Positions 50,923-64,000 of a stretch of 64,000 bases of DNA are shown in pieces. A model generated the notes under the pieces. That model did not search any database. It worked only from the letters and a program-made list of their open reading frames with translations, and was not told the DNA's origin. A program made the translations under genes and the position numbers. Each line of letters opens with the position of its first letter. The stretch's first letter is position 1. The stretch spans positions 45,074,001 to 45,138,000 of the forward strand of contig NC_043004.1 in assembly GCF_006345805.1 (NCBI RefSeq), read 5' to 3'. The DNA comes from Octopus sinensis. Lineage: Eukaryota.

Positions 50923-51866
50923 GAACAAATAAAACTACAGACATTTCAAAACAAAGAGATGTGTCCTACATAAAAAGCATTGCTTTGTTATGTAAACAAT
51001 CATCATCATCATTGTAATACCCACTTTTCCATGCTTGCATGGAATTGTACAGAATTTTACCTATTATTATTTCTGTTGAAATATATATGTAAGGTAATGA
51101 AGGGGTTGAACAAACCTTTCGTCTTCTTAAGCGAGTTTGCCTTTTATAAACTGCTGCAGCTCTTCAGGTTTTCCATGGATGGAATCCTATTGGATCTTGT
51201 AAGATCTATGCTTTGATTGTGTGGGCTGCATTGTCCCACAATATTCCCCCATTCAAGGAGGAACAATAGAAGAAAGAAATAAACCTCTGACTATATCTGG
51301 CATTCTCTTTCTTTACACTTGTATCAAATACACACAATGTCAATTCATTTCAGGCAATGATGACAGTGGTGGTGGTGGTGGTGGTGGTAATGGTAAAAGT
51401 TGTGGTAACGGTGTTGTTTTTGTTGTTTAGTCCTGGGTTTATCTGCCATCATCATCATCATAATACCCACTTTTCCATGCTTGCATGGATTGTACAGAAT
51501 TTTGTTGAGGCAGATTTTCCTCTGGCTTGATGCCCTTCCTGTTGCCACCCCTCATCTGTTTCTAAGTAAGATAATATTTCCCCAAGACTGGACATGCTTT
51601 CACAGCATATAGGAATCAAGTTATACCAGTCACAGTGCAGTGTTATTCATTTACAACTGTCACACAATGTCAAAGCCAGGAGACAACACACACACTGTCT
51701 CTCCCTCTCTCTGTCAATTATTCTTTTCATCCTTTTAGGGTTCATAAAAAATGGGTAGTGGATTGGAACTATAAGAACATTGGACTGCATGCCTTATGGT
51801 ATTTACTCTAGCAGTTTGCATCAAAAGATCACATCCTACCATGGTCTACTTAGAAAGTAGCCTTAA

Positions 51867-52080
51867 CACTTTAAACTGGCCACATCCAGCTCGAGTGTTC
51901 TATCTGTTTTATGTTCAAACCAACCGGTTTCTCTTTCTTAGGCCAACCTTACAATGTCATTTTAAAAATAAACAGTCACATCATCAAAATTTTGAAGTTA
52001 TGAGATAGTGCATGATTTAATTCAAAACAATGTGAATAAATAAGCATCACATTTGATGGAGTAATCTGAATGCTAAAAGG
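51867..52080. mobile_element. piggyBac-like MITE
   Basis: TTAA on both sides; right end AATGCTAAAAGG|TTAA; homologous (inverted) to 54213-54380. Confidence 0.65.
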
Positions 52081-52282
52081 TTAATCTGTTACTAAGTTGA
52101 ACAGAACTATGGTACTGTAGATACCTTGAGCCAAGTCTTTCTTACCCACTGATCTTTGCAGCAATGAAGAAGTCATAGGCTTTGCCTTCTTTCTCAGTAA
52201 AAGTTAAAAGATAAAATATTAAAACAAAAAAATCTGTGACCAATCTGAGAGTGCCTCTAGGCAATTGTTCAACCCTTTAGAA

Positions 52283-52481
52283 TAGCGGTTCTCAACTGCA
52301 GGTTCTCAGAACTGCATGCGGCACTCAAGTATCCTTTCAACAGCCTTTAAGAGTATTCCCTCTATAAATATAATAATTTCTTCTTTAATTGACTCATGTT
52401 TTTACTTCTTTTGATGCGGCCTCCTAAAAAAACCTCAAGTTTCGGATCAGATCTGGATATCAAACAGGTTGAGAACCACTG
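52283..52481. mobile_element. hAT (Charlie-type) MITE, 199 bp
   Basis: TIRs TAGCGGTTCTCAAC / GTTGAGAACCACTG; exact 8-bp TSD CTTTAGAA at 52275-52282 and 52482-52489. Confidence 0.9.
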
Positions 52482-54050
52482 CTTTAGAAACTAGTTAAAT
52501 ATCTTTTAACTCAAACCCTACTGTTTCAGGGAATCCATAATAAGAATTTGTCATCTGATCTGTATTGATTACCAATACGGGTGTAGTTCTAAAACCTGTG
52601 CCCCACAGTAAATGCTACAGATCTTGATGCTTCATATATCATTAACTCTTTTAAACCCCTTACATCACCTCCGTATTTTGTTATTCTCAAAGCACTTCTT
52701 CTTTTTTGTATTTCTTTCATGCCACATCTTTGCAATCAGCTGTGTCACTTCTTCTGTTGTATGTCTACCTCTGGGTTTGGTATGAATGCCCACACTGCAA
52801 GCTTCTTTGTGTGAAGGCAATTTATTGTGTTATTTCTATGACTTATAATTAGATTAATCAAATTATATTATCATTATTTTTTTTTTCATGCAAATATAGA
52901 TGAATATTTAGGAATGGAAATCAAAAAGCGAAGCAAAAAGAAATATTAAAGAATTTAAAAAATTATATTGAACAGACCCAGAAAACAAAGAAAAATAAAT
53001 AAAATAAGTGAAAGAAAAAGGGATAATTAACAAAATAAAAACCAAAAGAAATGTAAAATGAGGCAGAAAAGACAAAACAAAAAAAATGCATTGATCTGAC
53101 ATTAAATGTAAAGTTTATTGATCTCCAAGTTTGCAAGAGACAAATCTATTGATAAAAAAAAAAAAGACAACTGTAGCAGCAGCAGCAACAACAATTAAAA
53201 ATAGCAATAATAATAATAATAACAATAATAATAATAGTAGTATCTTTGACAACTACTACTACTACTACTTGAAAGAATGTGTATAGAATTTCTGCTGTGG
53301 TAAGGTATACTTTCATTATGGTATAGGTAATGGTGGTGGTGGTGGTAGTAGTAGTAATGGAAAAATGTTGGCAGCTTTTGTTGATCCACTGTTGCAGAAA
53401 CTGTAAAGAAACACAGGACTAACTGTGATTATGCAGAGAAGCAGTAATGACAAGGAAACCTTTTGTATGCACACGCGTGTGTGTGTGTATGTGTTTCTGT
53501 GTGTGTTTCTGTGCTTGAATATGTATCTGTATTTATGTATTGTGCGTATTGATCTTTGGTTCCGTTTCTGTATTTGTGTGGATGTGTGCCTTTTTTGTAT
53601 AAATTTTTGCGTCTGCTTATGTACATGCGATATTGGTAGTGTGAGTGTGTATGCGTGTGTGTGTATATATCATTGTGAGATGTTTGCTTAAATTTCTATG
53701 TATGTATATGGCTGTATACTGCCTTTCATGGATTTTTGTGTATGACTTTCGCTGCTGGTTTTGTTAATGTTGTGGTTTACGTATGTGTATTGATGTTTGG
53801 TTACGATTGTCTATGTGTGCGTTTGTGGGTTGCTGTATGCTTTTTGTACTTTTTTTTGTGTATAGTTTTATGTGTGTGATATTAATATTGTATGTATGCG
53901 TTAGTGAGTCAGTATATGATGATGTGTCATTATCTGCGCAAACATGTGTTTGTGTGCAGTTAGGATTGGTTGTTATTAGCAAACAGGTATGTAAATATTA
54001 TGCATATTCATGCATATGCTTTTAGTATATAATTTTGTATGTGTATGTGG

Positions 54051-54157
<107 letters not shown>

Positions 54158-54212
54158 TATATATGTAAGTTTACTTATGTAAATAAATGTGTAGAATATG
54201 TATGTTGTTTAA

Positions 54213-54380
54213 TCCTTTAGCATTCAGATTGTTGTGTCAGATGTAATGCTTAATTATTCACATTGTTTTGAATTAATCATGCATTATCTCATAGCTTTAG
54301 AGGGGTTGGATCAGGCCAGTTTGATCATAAAATAAGACAGAATATTAGGGCCAGATATGGCCACCTTAAATGCTAAAAGG
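54213..54380. mobile_element. piggyBac-like MITE
   Basis: TTAA|TCCTTTAGCATT ... AATGCTAAAAGG|TGAA. Confidence 0.65.
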
Positions 54381-54389
54381 TGAACCGAA

Positions 54390-54718
54390 GGTTGTCCCTT
54401 ATAAGGCAACTTATGTGGATGTTCAAACAAAGGTTATCTATGATTGAGCACGGCTATGTCATTTTTTTTACCCTAGGTTAGCCTTGGTGGAGTAGACCTA
54501 TCTCTTTCTTTAAAACCATGGTTAGTACTGATTCAGCAGACCTGTGTCTTTGTTTAACCTAAGATTAGCCCTGTTTAAGTGGACTTATATGTTTGTACAA
54601 CCCAAGATTATCCCTTATTCATCAGACCTATATCTTAGTTTATCCCAATGTTAGACCTCTTTTCCTAATTCATCGAAGCTATGTCCTTGTTTAACTAAAG
54701 GTTAACCCTGATTCTTCA
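54390..54718. repeat. Degenerate ~42-bp tandem repeat
   Basis: About 6-7 units of TTGTTTAACCTAAGGTTAGCCCTGATTCAGCAGACCTATGTC-like sequence. Confidence 0.65.
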
Positions 54719-55314
54719 GGTGCAAGCATGGCTGCATAGGAAAGAAGTGCTGCACCTTGGGCAAGTACTTTTATTATAGCCCTGCATCAATCAATGTATG
54801 TATGTATGTATGTATGTGGGTGTTCATGCATAAGGCTTTGTTTACATTTTTCACATCTCAAAAATCACTTACCTACATATATGTTGTGTTGATGCCATAA
54901 CCTGTGTCAACAAATCATTCAGTAGCTCAGTGCTTTCAAGGACATGTTAAATTGGAGACCCCTTGTGTGAGAAAACAGGTGAAGGTTAGTAACAAGAAAG
55001 GCATCCAGCTATAAAACATTGTCTCATAATATATTCATATAACCCATGGTAGCATATAAGAAATAAGTGTAAATGAAATATATGTTGGTGGATTTGCAGA
55101 ACCAGTAGAATGCAACCCAAAATTGATTTAGTTACATCCTTTTACACTGAGTTCCAATCCTGCTCAGTCTCACTATGTGAGGTTAATATGAACCAGTCAG
55201 CTGCTCCAGAGATCAGGTAATCTACTAAAACATATTAAGGTGATGTACCACTTTAGCCACAATCCAGTGACTAAAATCAATTAGTGAATTAAAGTATACA
55301 TGTGGTATATAGAC

Positions 55315-55470
55315 ACAGGTGTGACTGTGTGATAAGAAGTTTGCTTCATAACCATTTGGTTTTGGGCTCGGTCCCATTGTGTGTCACCATGGGCATATAT
55401 CTTCTACTCTTACCCCAGGCTGACAAAAGCCTTATGGATGGAATCCGAAAATAAGTCTGGCATAAATGTA
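55315..55470 (+). mobile_element. SINE family A 5' half
   Basis: CAGGTGTGACTGTGTGATAAGAAGTTTGCTT head. Confidence 0.6.
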
Positions 55471-55677
55471 CGTGTTACTACATCACATAATAATTGTAAG
55501 TGAGTGTCCCTAACATTAAAGCAGTATCCTTCATTTCTAATTTTCTGTCGGAACATAAAAAAACATAATTAGCCATGGATAAATATTACCTTACCTGGGC
55601 GCAGGTGGTAGTTGGTGATAAGAAGGGAACCACAACAGATTTCATCTGACCCATGTCAGCATGGAAAAGTTGTATCA

Positions 55678-55711
55678 AATTTATTTGCATCAATGGTGAT
55701 GCAAATAAATT
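55678..55711. other. Perfect 15-bp inverted repeat containing two octamer motifs
   Basis: AATTTATTTGCATCA-atgg-TGATGCAAATAAATT. Confidence 0.85.
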
Positions 55712-56145
55712 CCTGTTGATTCACTAAGAAGTGATAAATTACAAAATTCAGTTTGTAAATGTAACATGTTCTTTAATATATCTTAACTGAAAGGTTTGTA
55801 ATTCCAGCACTCCAACTCCATATTTCCAATCATTCAGATAGTAGTCTGAACTTGTTTTTTTCCTTGAAATATCTGTCGTATCAATATATTTTGAAATATC
55901 ATATGAAAGTTATGAAGAAAATGCCTATCTTTACATTTCTTTAAAAAAAAAAAAAACCTTGCAAGTGACATTTGCAAAAATGTCTGTTTGAAGCTTACAT
56001 ATTTCATTTAATTTCTGACTTGTGGGAATACTCCAAGCATCTGAAACTTTATACAAGATCTCTCTCTCTCTCTGTCATACACACACACACACACACCACA
56101 CACACACACACATGCGCACACAAACACATGTCTGGTGTGTATGTG

Positions 56146-56190
<45 letters not shown>

Positions 56191-56980
56191 AACACACATG
56201 CACATTTGTATGTGTGTGGATGGATATAGATATGTCTACATACACATTTGTGTGTGTTCATTTATATCTGTGTAGAATATGAATGTATAAGTGTTTGTAT
56301 ATATAATGGAAGAACTGGTTAAGTTGCCAATGACATGACAGTGCAACAGGTTGTATGAGATGACATGTTAAGGATTGCTAGAAACCCAACAGGATTAAAA
56401 CAATGCGTGTCAAACGGATAGAGGAGTTAAACATGTGGTCAGTTGATGTAAAACCCAAGGATTGTTCAGCTTCTGGTCATCCCAGTTGTTCTATCTGAAA
56501 TAGGTGTGTGCATTTCGATACACTATTCACTCTCTATAATCAATTTTATGCACAGGAATGTTTTGGAAAACACACATTGGATCTTTCACACAGTCCTGTA
56601 GTGATGGGGGCTAGAGGAAGTATGTAATTTCAAGCCCTGCATGTAGATAGCTAGGAAATCTGGGTATCTTATCTTTGAAACTATGGTAATGGCAAAAATT
56701 TGGCAGTGCTTCAAGTGCTTGAGCCATCTTTTTCAGAGATACTAGTTCTTACCTGTTAATCAGGAAAGACCTCATACAGGTGGTCTAAACAAAGCTTCCC
56801 CTATTTTGGAACTGGCCATCTATCCCACAGCTGGCAATTGTGTTCTCTTTGTGGGCTTCCATGATAACATGCAAGAAATTTACAATTTTCCAAGAAGTGG
56901 GTATATGAGGACTTCAGTTGACTTTCACTATATATGTATTAACATGTGCATGCATATGTGTGTATGTGTATCTATGTATA

Positions 56981-57014
<34 letters not shown>

Positions 57015-57789
57015 CATGTATCTATATACGTAAATGTAAGTATATGCATATGCGGGTATATGTGTGCATATATGTGTGCCTGTATATGTATATATATATA
57101 TAATATAGACATATATTTTGGTGTGTGTGTAGTGTTGTCTGTATGTATATATATGAATGTACAACATATATGTGCATGTATATATACACTTACATACAAA
57201 TGTGTATATGCTCATATATATATATATTCACATGTATTTTTAATTCTATATATATATTCACATGTATTTTTAATTGTGCATATATATATATATGTGTGTG
57301 TGTATAAAAAATCTGTTTCTTTAATAACAGGAATAGGAAAACATTATTCATAGCTGGGTCTTGCATAACGTGCCATCAGGCATGACAAATGTGATAATGT
57401 TTATATGTATGGGTTGTCTGCGTGTATGTGGTATACAACATACGTATATGCATGTTGTGTTGCATTGTTCGTGTATAGGAATGTGAATGCGTTTGCATCA
57501 GTTCACAGTTTCTCCGTCCATCTCTCTCTCTCATGCATGCATGTGTCAGGAACTGATGCTGTGTCAAAATAAGATGCTGCATGACATCTGTCAAATGAAA
57601 GGAAAGTATTATCTCACTTTGATGTCCGACTTAACTTTCTTCTTTGCCACCACTGAGCTGTCAGCTGCATACCTCTCTCTCTCTCTCTCTCTTTCTCTTC
57701 ATCTCTCCCTTCACAATCCTCTTCACCTTGTTAGTGCACTAACACTACCTTTCTCTCTCTCTCTCTCTCCTCTTTCACTTTTAGTTACT

Positions 57790-57975
57790 TCTTTCATTTT
57801 TTTCTTTTTCTAGTATACTTATATTCTTTCTGTTTCTTCAGAAATTGATGCTTTGTCTTTTTATACTTCTTTTTTCTCTTAACTTCTTCCTTCTGTTTTT
57901 CTTTATTTCTCTCTTTCTCCCTTTTCTCACTCCTTCTGTCTCCCTCCCCCTCTCTAATTGTATGTCTGTATGTGT

Positions 57976-58007
<32 letters not shown>

Positions 58008-58400
58008 CTGTCACTCTTTCTCTGCATGACCCTTTTAAATTTCTCTCCTTCTTTCGTTTTCTTCCTCTCTGCTCCTTCACTTTTCTCTCTCCTATCCACT
58101 TCCTCTATGTTTCAGTCTCCCATTCTCTAACCTTCACTTTCTCTCTATCTCAACTTCTCCCTCCCTCTCAATCTTTAGCCTTCACTGTGTCTTTCGTTAT
58201 ATATATCTACATCTACCTCTCTCTCTCTCTCTATGTCTCCCCCTCTCTCTCAGCCTCTTTTTTTCTCCAGTTCTCTTTCACAATGTCTTCTCTGCTCTCA
58301 GCATCTCCCACTTTCTTTTGGTCTAGCTCTCTCAGCCTCTCTGTCTCTCTATTTCTCACTCACTTTTCTGTTGTTCTCACTTCCCTTTCATGTATTGTTC
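57790..58400. repeat. CT-rich low-complexity tract with (TG)n
   Basis: Direct reading; explains the 209-aa pseudo-ORF. Confidence 0.85.
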
Positions 58401-58730
58401 TTTTGGTAGTTGTTGTAAATAATGTGATTGCCTCTCCATCTGCTGCTGTTGGTGCAGTGTTGATAGACAGATGAGGATGCTGGTATTGGTGTTGGTGATG
58501 GTGGCAGTGATGGCGTCTTGCTGCTACATGTAATAGTTATAATAGTTGCTGTTGTGAGTGATAAATATGTCTTTGGTACTGGTTCTCTTGGTATGGCATG
58601 GTGTTGCCGGCAGTAGCGGTGTTGAATGAATATTGATACTCTTTTTATTGTTGTTGCTATTTGTTGTTGTTGCTTTTTGTTGTTGTTGCTGTTGTTGTTG
58701 TTCATTGTTGTTCTTATTACCTCATTCAAG

Positions 58731-58793
58731 GATTGACCTTTATCGCTTTCGAGAGATGTCTTCAGAACTTCTTTGCCAGTTGCATGAGAGCAT
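58731..58793 (+). CDS. Candidate 63-nt in-frame cassette exon
   Basis: ttcattgttgttcttattacctcattcaAG| two open frames (GLTFIAFERCLQNFFASCMRA; RIDLYRFREMSSELLCQLHES) |GTCTGT; weak splice sites. Confidence 0.22.
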
Positions 58794-58805
58794 GTCTGTC
58801 TGTGT

Positions 58806-58852
<47 letters not shown>

Positions 58853-59387
58853 CTCGTTGGGTTGTGGTGGTTGTGGTGATGTAGTGCAATGGAAGGAAAA
58901 GGTGGAAGAGGAGGATTTATTAAGGGTGGAAATTTGCTTTCATTGGTGGTGGCATGAAATTGTAAGTTGTGTGATTTATGGATATCTTCATATAATGGAA
59001 AGTTAGAGAGGAAGGAGACTTTTTCTAGGTGGTGGTGGTGGTGGTGGTGGTGGCGATGGTATTGTAAATGATGTGTGAGGAGATTGGTGATGGTAGCAGT
59101 GGAGCACATTAGAAGAAATGATGGTATTTAAAAGATGAATGGGCAGTATGAAACGTATATTCCAAGGTGTGGGTGAGGCATGATATAGGGCCATTTAGAG
59201 ATGGGTGAAAATGAAGCTGGGAGATTGTTGTTGTCTTGTATCTTATTGAAACATTTATTTAACTTAAATAATTTGTCTTACTTATGCCCCCACCCCATAC
59301 ACATAAGGTGTAGGGAGAGGGAGAGAAAAAGAAAGAGAATGAAAAAACTGTTTAAGAGAAAGCATTAGAGGTAGATATAATTTTTGA

Positions 59388-59618
59388 AAGCACCGACCGA
59401 TCGTGGCCGCTGCCAGCCTCCCCTGGCACCTGAGCTGGTGGCACGTAAAAAGCACCCACTACACTCATGGAGTGGTTGGCATTAGGAAGGGCATCCAGCT
59501 GTAGAAACACTGCCAGACCAGACTGGAGCCTGGTGCAGCCTCCTGGCTTCCCAGACCCCGGTCGAAACCGTTCAACCCATGCTAGCACGGAAAACAAACA
59601 TTAAATGATGATGATGAC
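59388..59618 (+). mobile_element. RTE LINE 3' end
   Basis: Core plus TAAATGATGATGATGA tail. Confidence 0.8.
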
Positions 59619-59844
59619 GAAGGAATAGAGCACAATTCAGAACTTATTGTTATCATTATTCATGATGATGATAATAATCATTATTCATGATGATGATAAT
59701 AATGTAGTTGAGTTATTGCTAATTGTAGATGGTGTTGATACTATCATTGATGGTATTTCCATTAATGACATTGACATCTGTGATGTTGATGGCATTCTTC
59801 AATAGCAGTGTCGATGTTAGTGAAAATTGTTGACTTTGATTATT

Positions 59845-60242
59845 TCTTTCTTTTATTCTTTTACTTGTTTCAGTCATGTGACTGTGGCCATGCTGGAGCA
59901 CCGCCTTTAGTCGAGCAAATCGACCCCAGGACTTATTCATTGTAAACCTAGTACTTATTCTATCGGTCTCTTTTTGCCGAGCCGCTAAGTTACGGGGACG
60001 TAAACACACCAGCATCCGTTGTCAAGTGATTTTGGGGATACACAAACATACACAGACACACATACATATATATAAGCATATATACAACGGGCTTTTTTCA
60101 GTTTCCGTCTACCAAATCCACAAGGCTCTGGTCAGCCCAAGGCTATAGTAAAAGAAACTCGCCCAAGGTGCCACGCAGTGGGACTGAACCCGGAACCATG
60201 TGGTTCGTAAGCAAGTTACTTACCACACTGCCACTCCTACAC
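59845..60242 (-). mobile_element. SINE family A, full length, young
   Basis: Very similar to 24985-25445. Confidence 0.85.
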
Positions 60243-61389
60243 CTGATATTAGCATTGTTTTTTTTTTTTTTTTCTGACATTATTGACATTGTGGTTGACA
60301 TTATCTATATTGTTGATAACACTGTTAATACTGTCTTTGATATTGTTATCCATTGATATTTACATCATTGTTCTTGATATCATGACATCAGTAATATCAT
60401 TGTTTAGGCTCTAGTCAACCTTGATTAAAGGTATTCCAATGTGGACTACTTCTAGAAGGAGCTTTTTGTCATCTAATTCCAAGGATCATATCTGTTATCA
60501 AACTTTGTTGGTGATCAAAAACAGAATTTAGGGTTAATGTTGCTACTGTCTCTACAACAGTTGCAGTGTTGTTGTTGTTGCTACCGCTGCATCCCAAATG
60601 AGCAGGCAGTAGCACTTTTAACTATAATTTTCTCACCATCTTTTAAGACGTATACTGTTGCATTGGGACAACAACATGTGAAAGCCCCACAAGGGGAATT
60701 TTGTGGAGATGGGATTCATCAACTGAACAAAACCGAGGAACAAAATAAATTGCTCCTGGATTTGTTGTTTAGATCCATCCCAGATGAGTCTTATTCAAGC
60801 AGATCTGTGATCAAAAGTATTTTAGCCAGGACCATCCTGTTTCTTTAGAGGCATCTAGTAATATAATATAAATCCTTAAAAATGTTACTGTCAGAAGGCT
60901 GCGGCCATGCTGGGGCACCACCGCTATGTAGTCTTTCTTTTTGCAATAAAGTAGAATTTGATTTGGGATAGATTTGGTTGCTATTTCAGATATCCACACA
61001 GAAGCTCCCCTAGTGGGTTTATTTTCTAATGTTTGTGTTTAATGATGGCAGAGGAAAAAGCAAAGTAAGACTGTTAATTTAGATTCCACTGTTACACAAA
61101 ATAGTATGGACAAGTATGTGTGTGTTTCTTTATACTGATATACATATGTATGTATTTGTGCATATATACACACTTTACTGCACACTTCATGCTTATTTAA
61201 ATTCTTCAGAAAGGTAAACTACTATAGATACGTGTTTTTGGAAGGAATGGTGTTGATATTTACTCACATAAACACACCCTGTATATGTAGTGTGTATGTA
61301 TTTATGCATGTTTATAGGGGAATGTGTGTATGTATGTATGTGTGTGTATATATATATATATATATAATATATATATGTATATGTATACA

Positions 61390-61860
<471 letters not shown>

Positions 61861-61939
61861 CTCTTTTGAATGCTGGCTTTATCTCCACCAATCATCCTTT
61901 TCATTTATGCTATCATTCATTTGCTAAATATTTTGTTAG

Positions 61940-61952
61940 TTGGATGAAACAG
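61940..61952 (+). CDS. Candidate 13-nt microexon
   Basis: tttgctaaatattttgttAG|TTGGATGAAACAG|GTAAAC. Confidence 0.22.
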
Positions 61953-62104
61953 GTAAACATACAGGCACATTTTTAGGCATTTTCATTGATGTGTATGTGT
62001 GTGAATGTGTATCCCTATATTAAAATAAGAGGGGAAAATACTTCAGTAGATAATATAGAGTTAATAATAATAATAATAATTAAAACCTGATATTTTGCAT
62101 TGTT

Positions 62105-62330
62105 GTTTCTCCATACTGAGCCATAAGCTCATAAAGCCGGCTTCTCAAATGTTATGACATATATAGGATTACTTGTTTTTGTCAGCTGTGTGGGTTGGAA
62201 CAACATGAAGTTAAGTTTTTCGCTCAAGAACACCATACGTCATCTGGTTCAGAAATTGAAACTACAATCTTCTGTTTATGAGTATTACACCCTAACCACT
62301 AAGTCACATGTTGGAACTCATACATATAAA
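62105..62330 (-). mobile_element. CORE-type SINE, degenerate
   Basis: GCTCAAGAACAC core complement; GCTCATAAAGCCGG tail similar to the 46447 element. Confidence 0.55.
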
Positions 62331-62939
62331 GACAAAGTAATTATGGGTTTGATTTTTTTTGTTCCTAGCATTGCAAATGTGTGTTGCATTATTTTGTTAT
62401 ATATTGGTCATGAGATACACGTATACACATGCGATGGCTTTGCTAAGTTCTTTGTCTTACCAAGTTTACTGGCCCTTGACTGCAGTAGAAGTCACTGTTG
62501 TTGCACAGTGGGTTGGAACCCAAAGCCACATGGTTGTGAATATGTGTGTTTGTGAAAAAGAGAGTGATGGTAGTTTCATCCTGGTGTGAATTGCTGTTAA
62601 ATAAAAAAAGTACCTAGTATTGTTAGGCAGAATAGGATAGTGATTTCAGCACACATAGCTTTGAATGTATAAGGCTTTATGCATGCTTGTATATATATAT
62701 CTATTTATCGATCTATATATATATTTAGAGAGAGAGGCAGATGTAGATGTATATATCACTTATATGTTCATAAGTCATAGGATGAAGGTTTTGCCTGAAT
62801 AGAACATTTGCTGCAACACTGTTCTGTGTTTGAAATACTTTGAGAGTTCAGTTTAACTTTTATTTCTATCTTGGCAAATATTTCAATTGAATAAGTACTT
62901 GAAATGTAGTAAGACCAATTGAAACAATGTGTGTGTGTG

Positions 62940-62956
62940 TGTGAGAGAGAGAGAAA

Positions 62957-63025
<69 letters not shown>
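62940..63025. repeat. (GA)n microsatellite
   Basis: Direct reading. Confidence 0.95.
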
Positions 63026-63026
<1 letters not shown>

Positions 63027-63220
63027 TCATGAACAGAAACTTAGTGTTTCATTCTTGTCAGATATGTGGTCTTGTTCAAACATTGAAAACCAATATAATT
63101 TGAAATTATGATACCTATATCATCCCTATACATAAAAACTTGATAACTGTCTTGTTGGAAGACATGGTTGAATAAATTCAACGAAGGATAAATTCCACAA
63201 CAGAAATATATGTTTGTCTG

Positions 63221-63267
<47 letters not shown>

Positions 63268-63431
63268 CACACATATGTATAAGTGTGTGTGTGTATGTAC
63301 ACTCAATAATTTCATGTTTATATAATTATGAACACTGTATCATATGTACAGCTGTCCAGACAAGTGTAATAGTACAAAGGTTTTAGGTACAGGTTTATTT
63401 CAGTTAATGTTCACAAAGGCATAATTTTTAA

Positions 63432-63660
63432 CCCTTTTTGTTTTAACCATAATTCTGTTGAAATACACTGTCTTTGTTTCAATTTATTTTGAAAATAATG
63501 AGGAATTTAGTAAAAGAAAACTTTGTCACTATTAAGCTGGTGTTTCAGACATACCTGAACATGAAATTTTGATGGAAGGGTTTAGATTTAGATCCCTTTA
63601 AAACAATAAGTTTGTATCATAAAACCAGGATCACTCTCAGCTGGTTTGGTATCAAAAGAT
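63432..63660. mobile_element. piggyBac-like MITE
   Basis: TTAACCCTTTTTG left end; TTGGTATCAAAAG right end. Confidence 0.55.
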
Positions 63661-64000
63661 GTCGGTGTAAAGTATGAATTATTGACCGTTTCTCTCTTCA
63701 CTTGGTGTTGATGATGTTGTTGAACCTCAGGTTAACCCTGATTTATAATGTTCATGGTCACACATTCCAGCCCTGACTGCCTGCCCCTTAGTATATTAGG
63801 GACTACTTTCATTCAGTGTGTTCTTTACTTTGGATTACAGGATGTTAATTTGTGGGTGATTTGTCTAATATTATCTATTTCTAGTTTGTTAACAACAGTG
63901 TAGATGATCCCACACTGGGTTTTTAGTCAGTTGGGTGTTTCCCTTCATGTACTGTTCTCCATTGTCATTCAGTCAAAGAGCTACAGTAATCTTGTGTTAC

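Noticed and set aside
54711-54725. ttcttcAG|GTGCAA as a ratchet point
   Set aside because: It is the 5' head of a SINE family A fragment, with a poor donor
58731-58760. LTFIAFERC resembles a GPCR TM3 DRY/ERY motif
   Set aside because: Only 9 residues, no other TM motifs nearby, and the following residues do not resemble ICL2
59652-59701. 25-bp tandem duplication ATCATTATTCATGATGATGATAATA
   Set aside because: Ordinary slippage duplication in low-complexity DNA
60537-60848. 103-aa ORF with a protein-like middle
   Set aside because: Starts in a (GTT)n tract, ends in a common repeat, has no recognisable domain and no good splice sites

Overview
AT-rich, repeat-dense eukaryotic non-coding DNA. 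The SINE families, RTE 3' ends with (GAT)n tails and dense (TA)/(CA)/(AAT) microsatellites match what I recall of Octopus-type (coleoid cephalopod) genomes; this is an inference. No complete host gene, tRNA, rRNA or CRISPR array is supported, and almost all listed ORFs are microsatellite or TE read-through. The window most plausibly lies in one or more very long introns of an unidentified gene, probably transcribed on the + strand, where long T/C-rich tracts ending in AG are more frequent. TE content: three or more tRNA-derived SINE families; RTE, Tx1/L1, R4/Dong-type and Jockey/CR1-like LINE remnants; a hAT transposase remnant; hAT, Merlin-like and piggyBac-like MITEs with visible TSDs; and a non-autonomous Helitron. 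The most interesting non-TE signals are splice signals in unique sequence between repeats: AG|GTAAG junctions resembling recursive-splicing ratchet points (best at 23440/23441 and 2382/2383) and a series of candidate microexons or alternative terminal exons. None is confirmed and the host gene could not be identified. Repeat boundaries are approximate unless a TSD is given.
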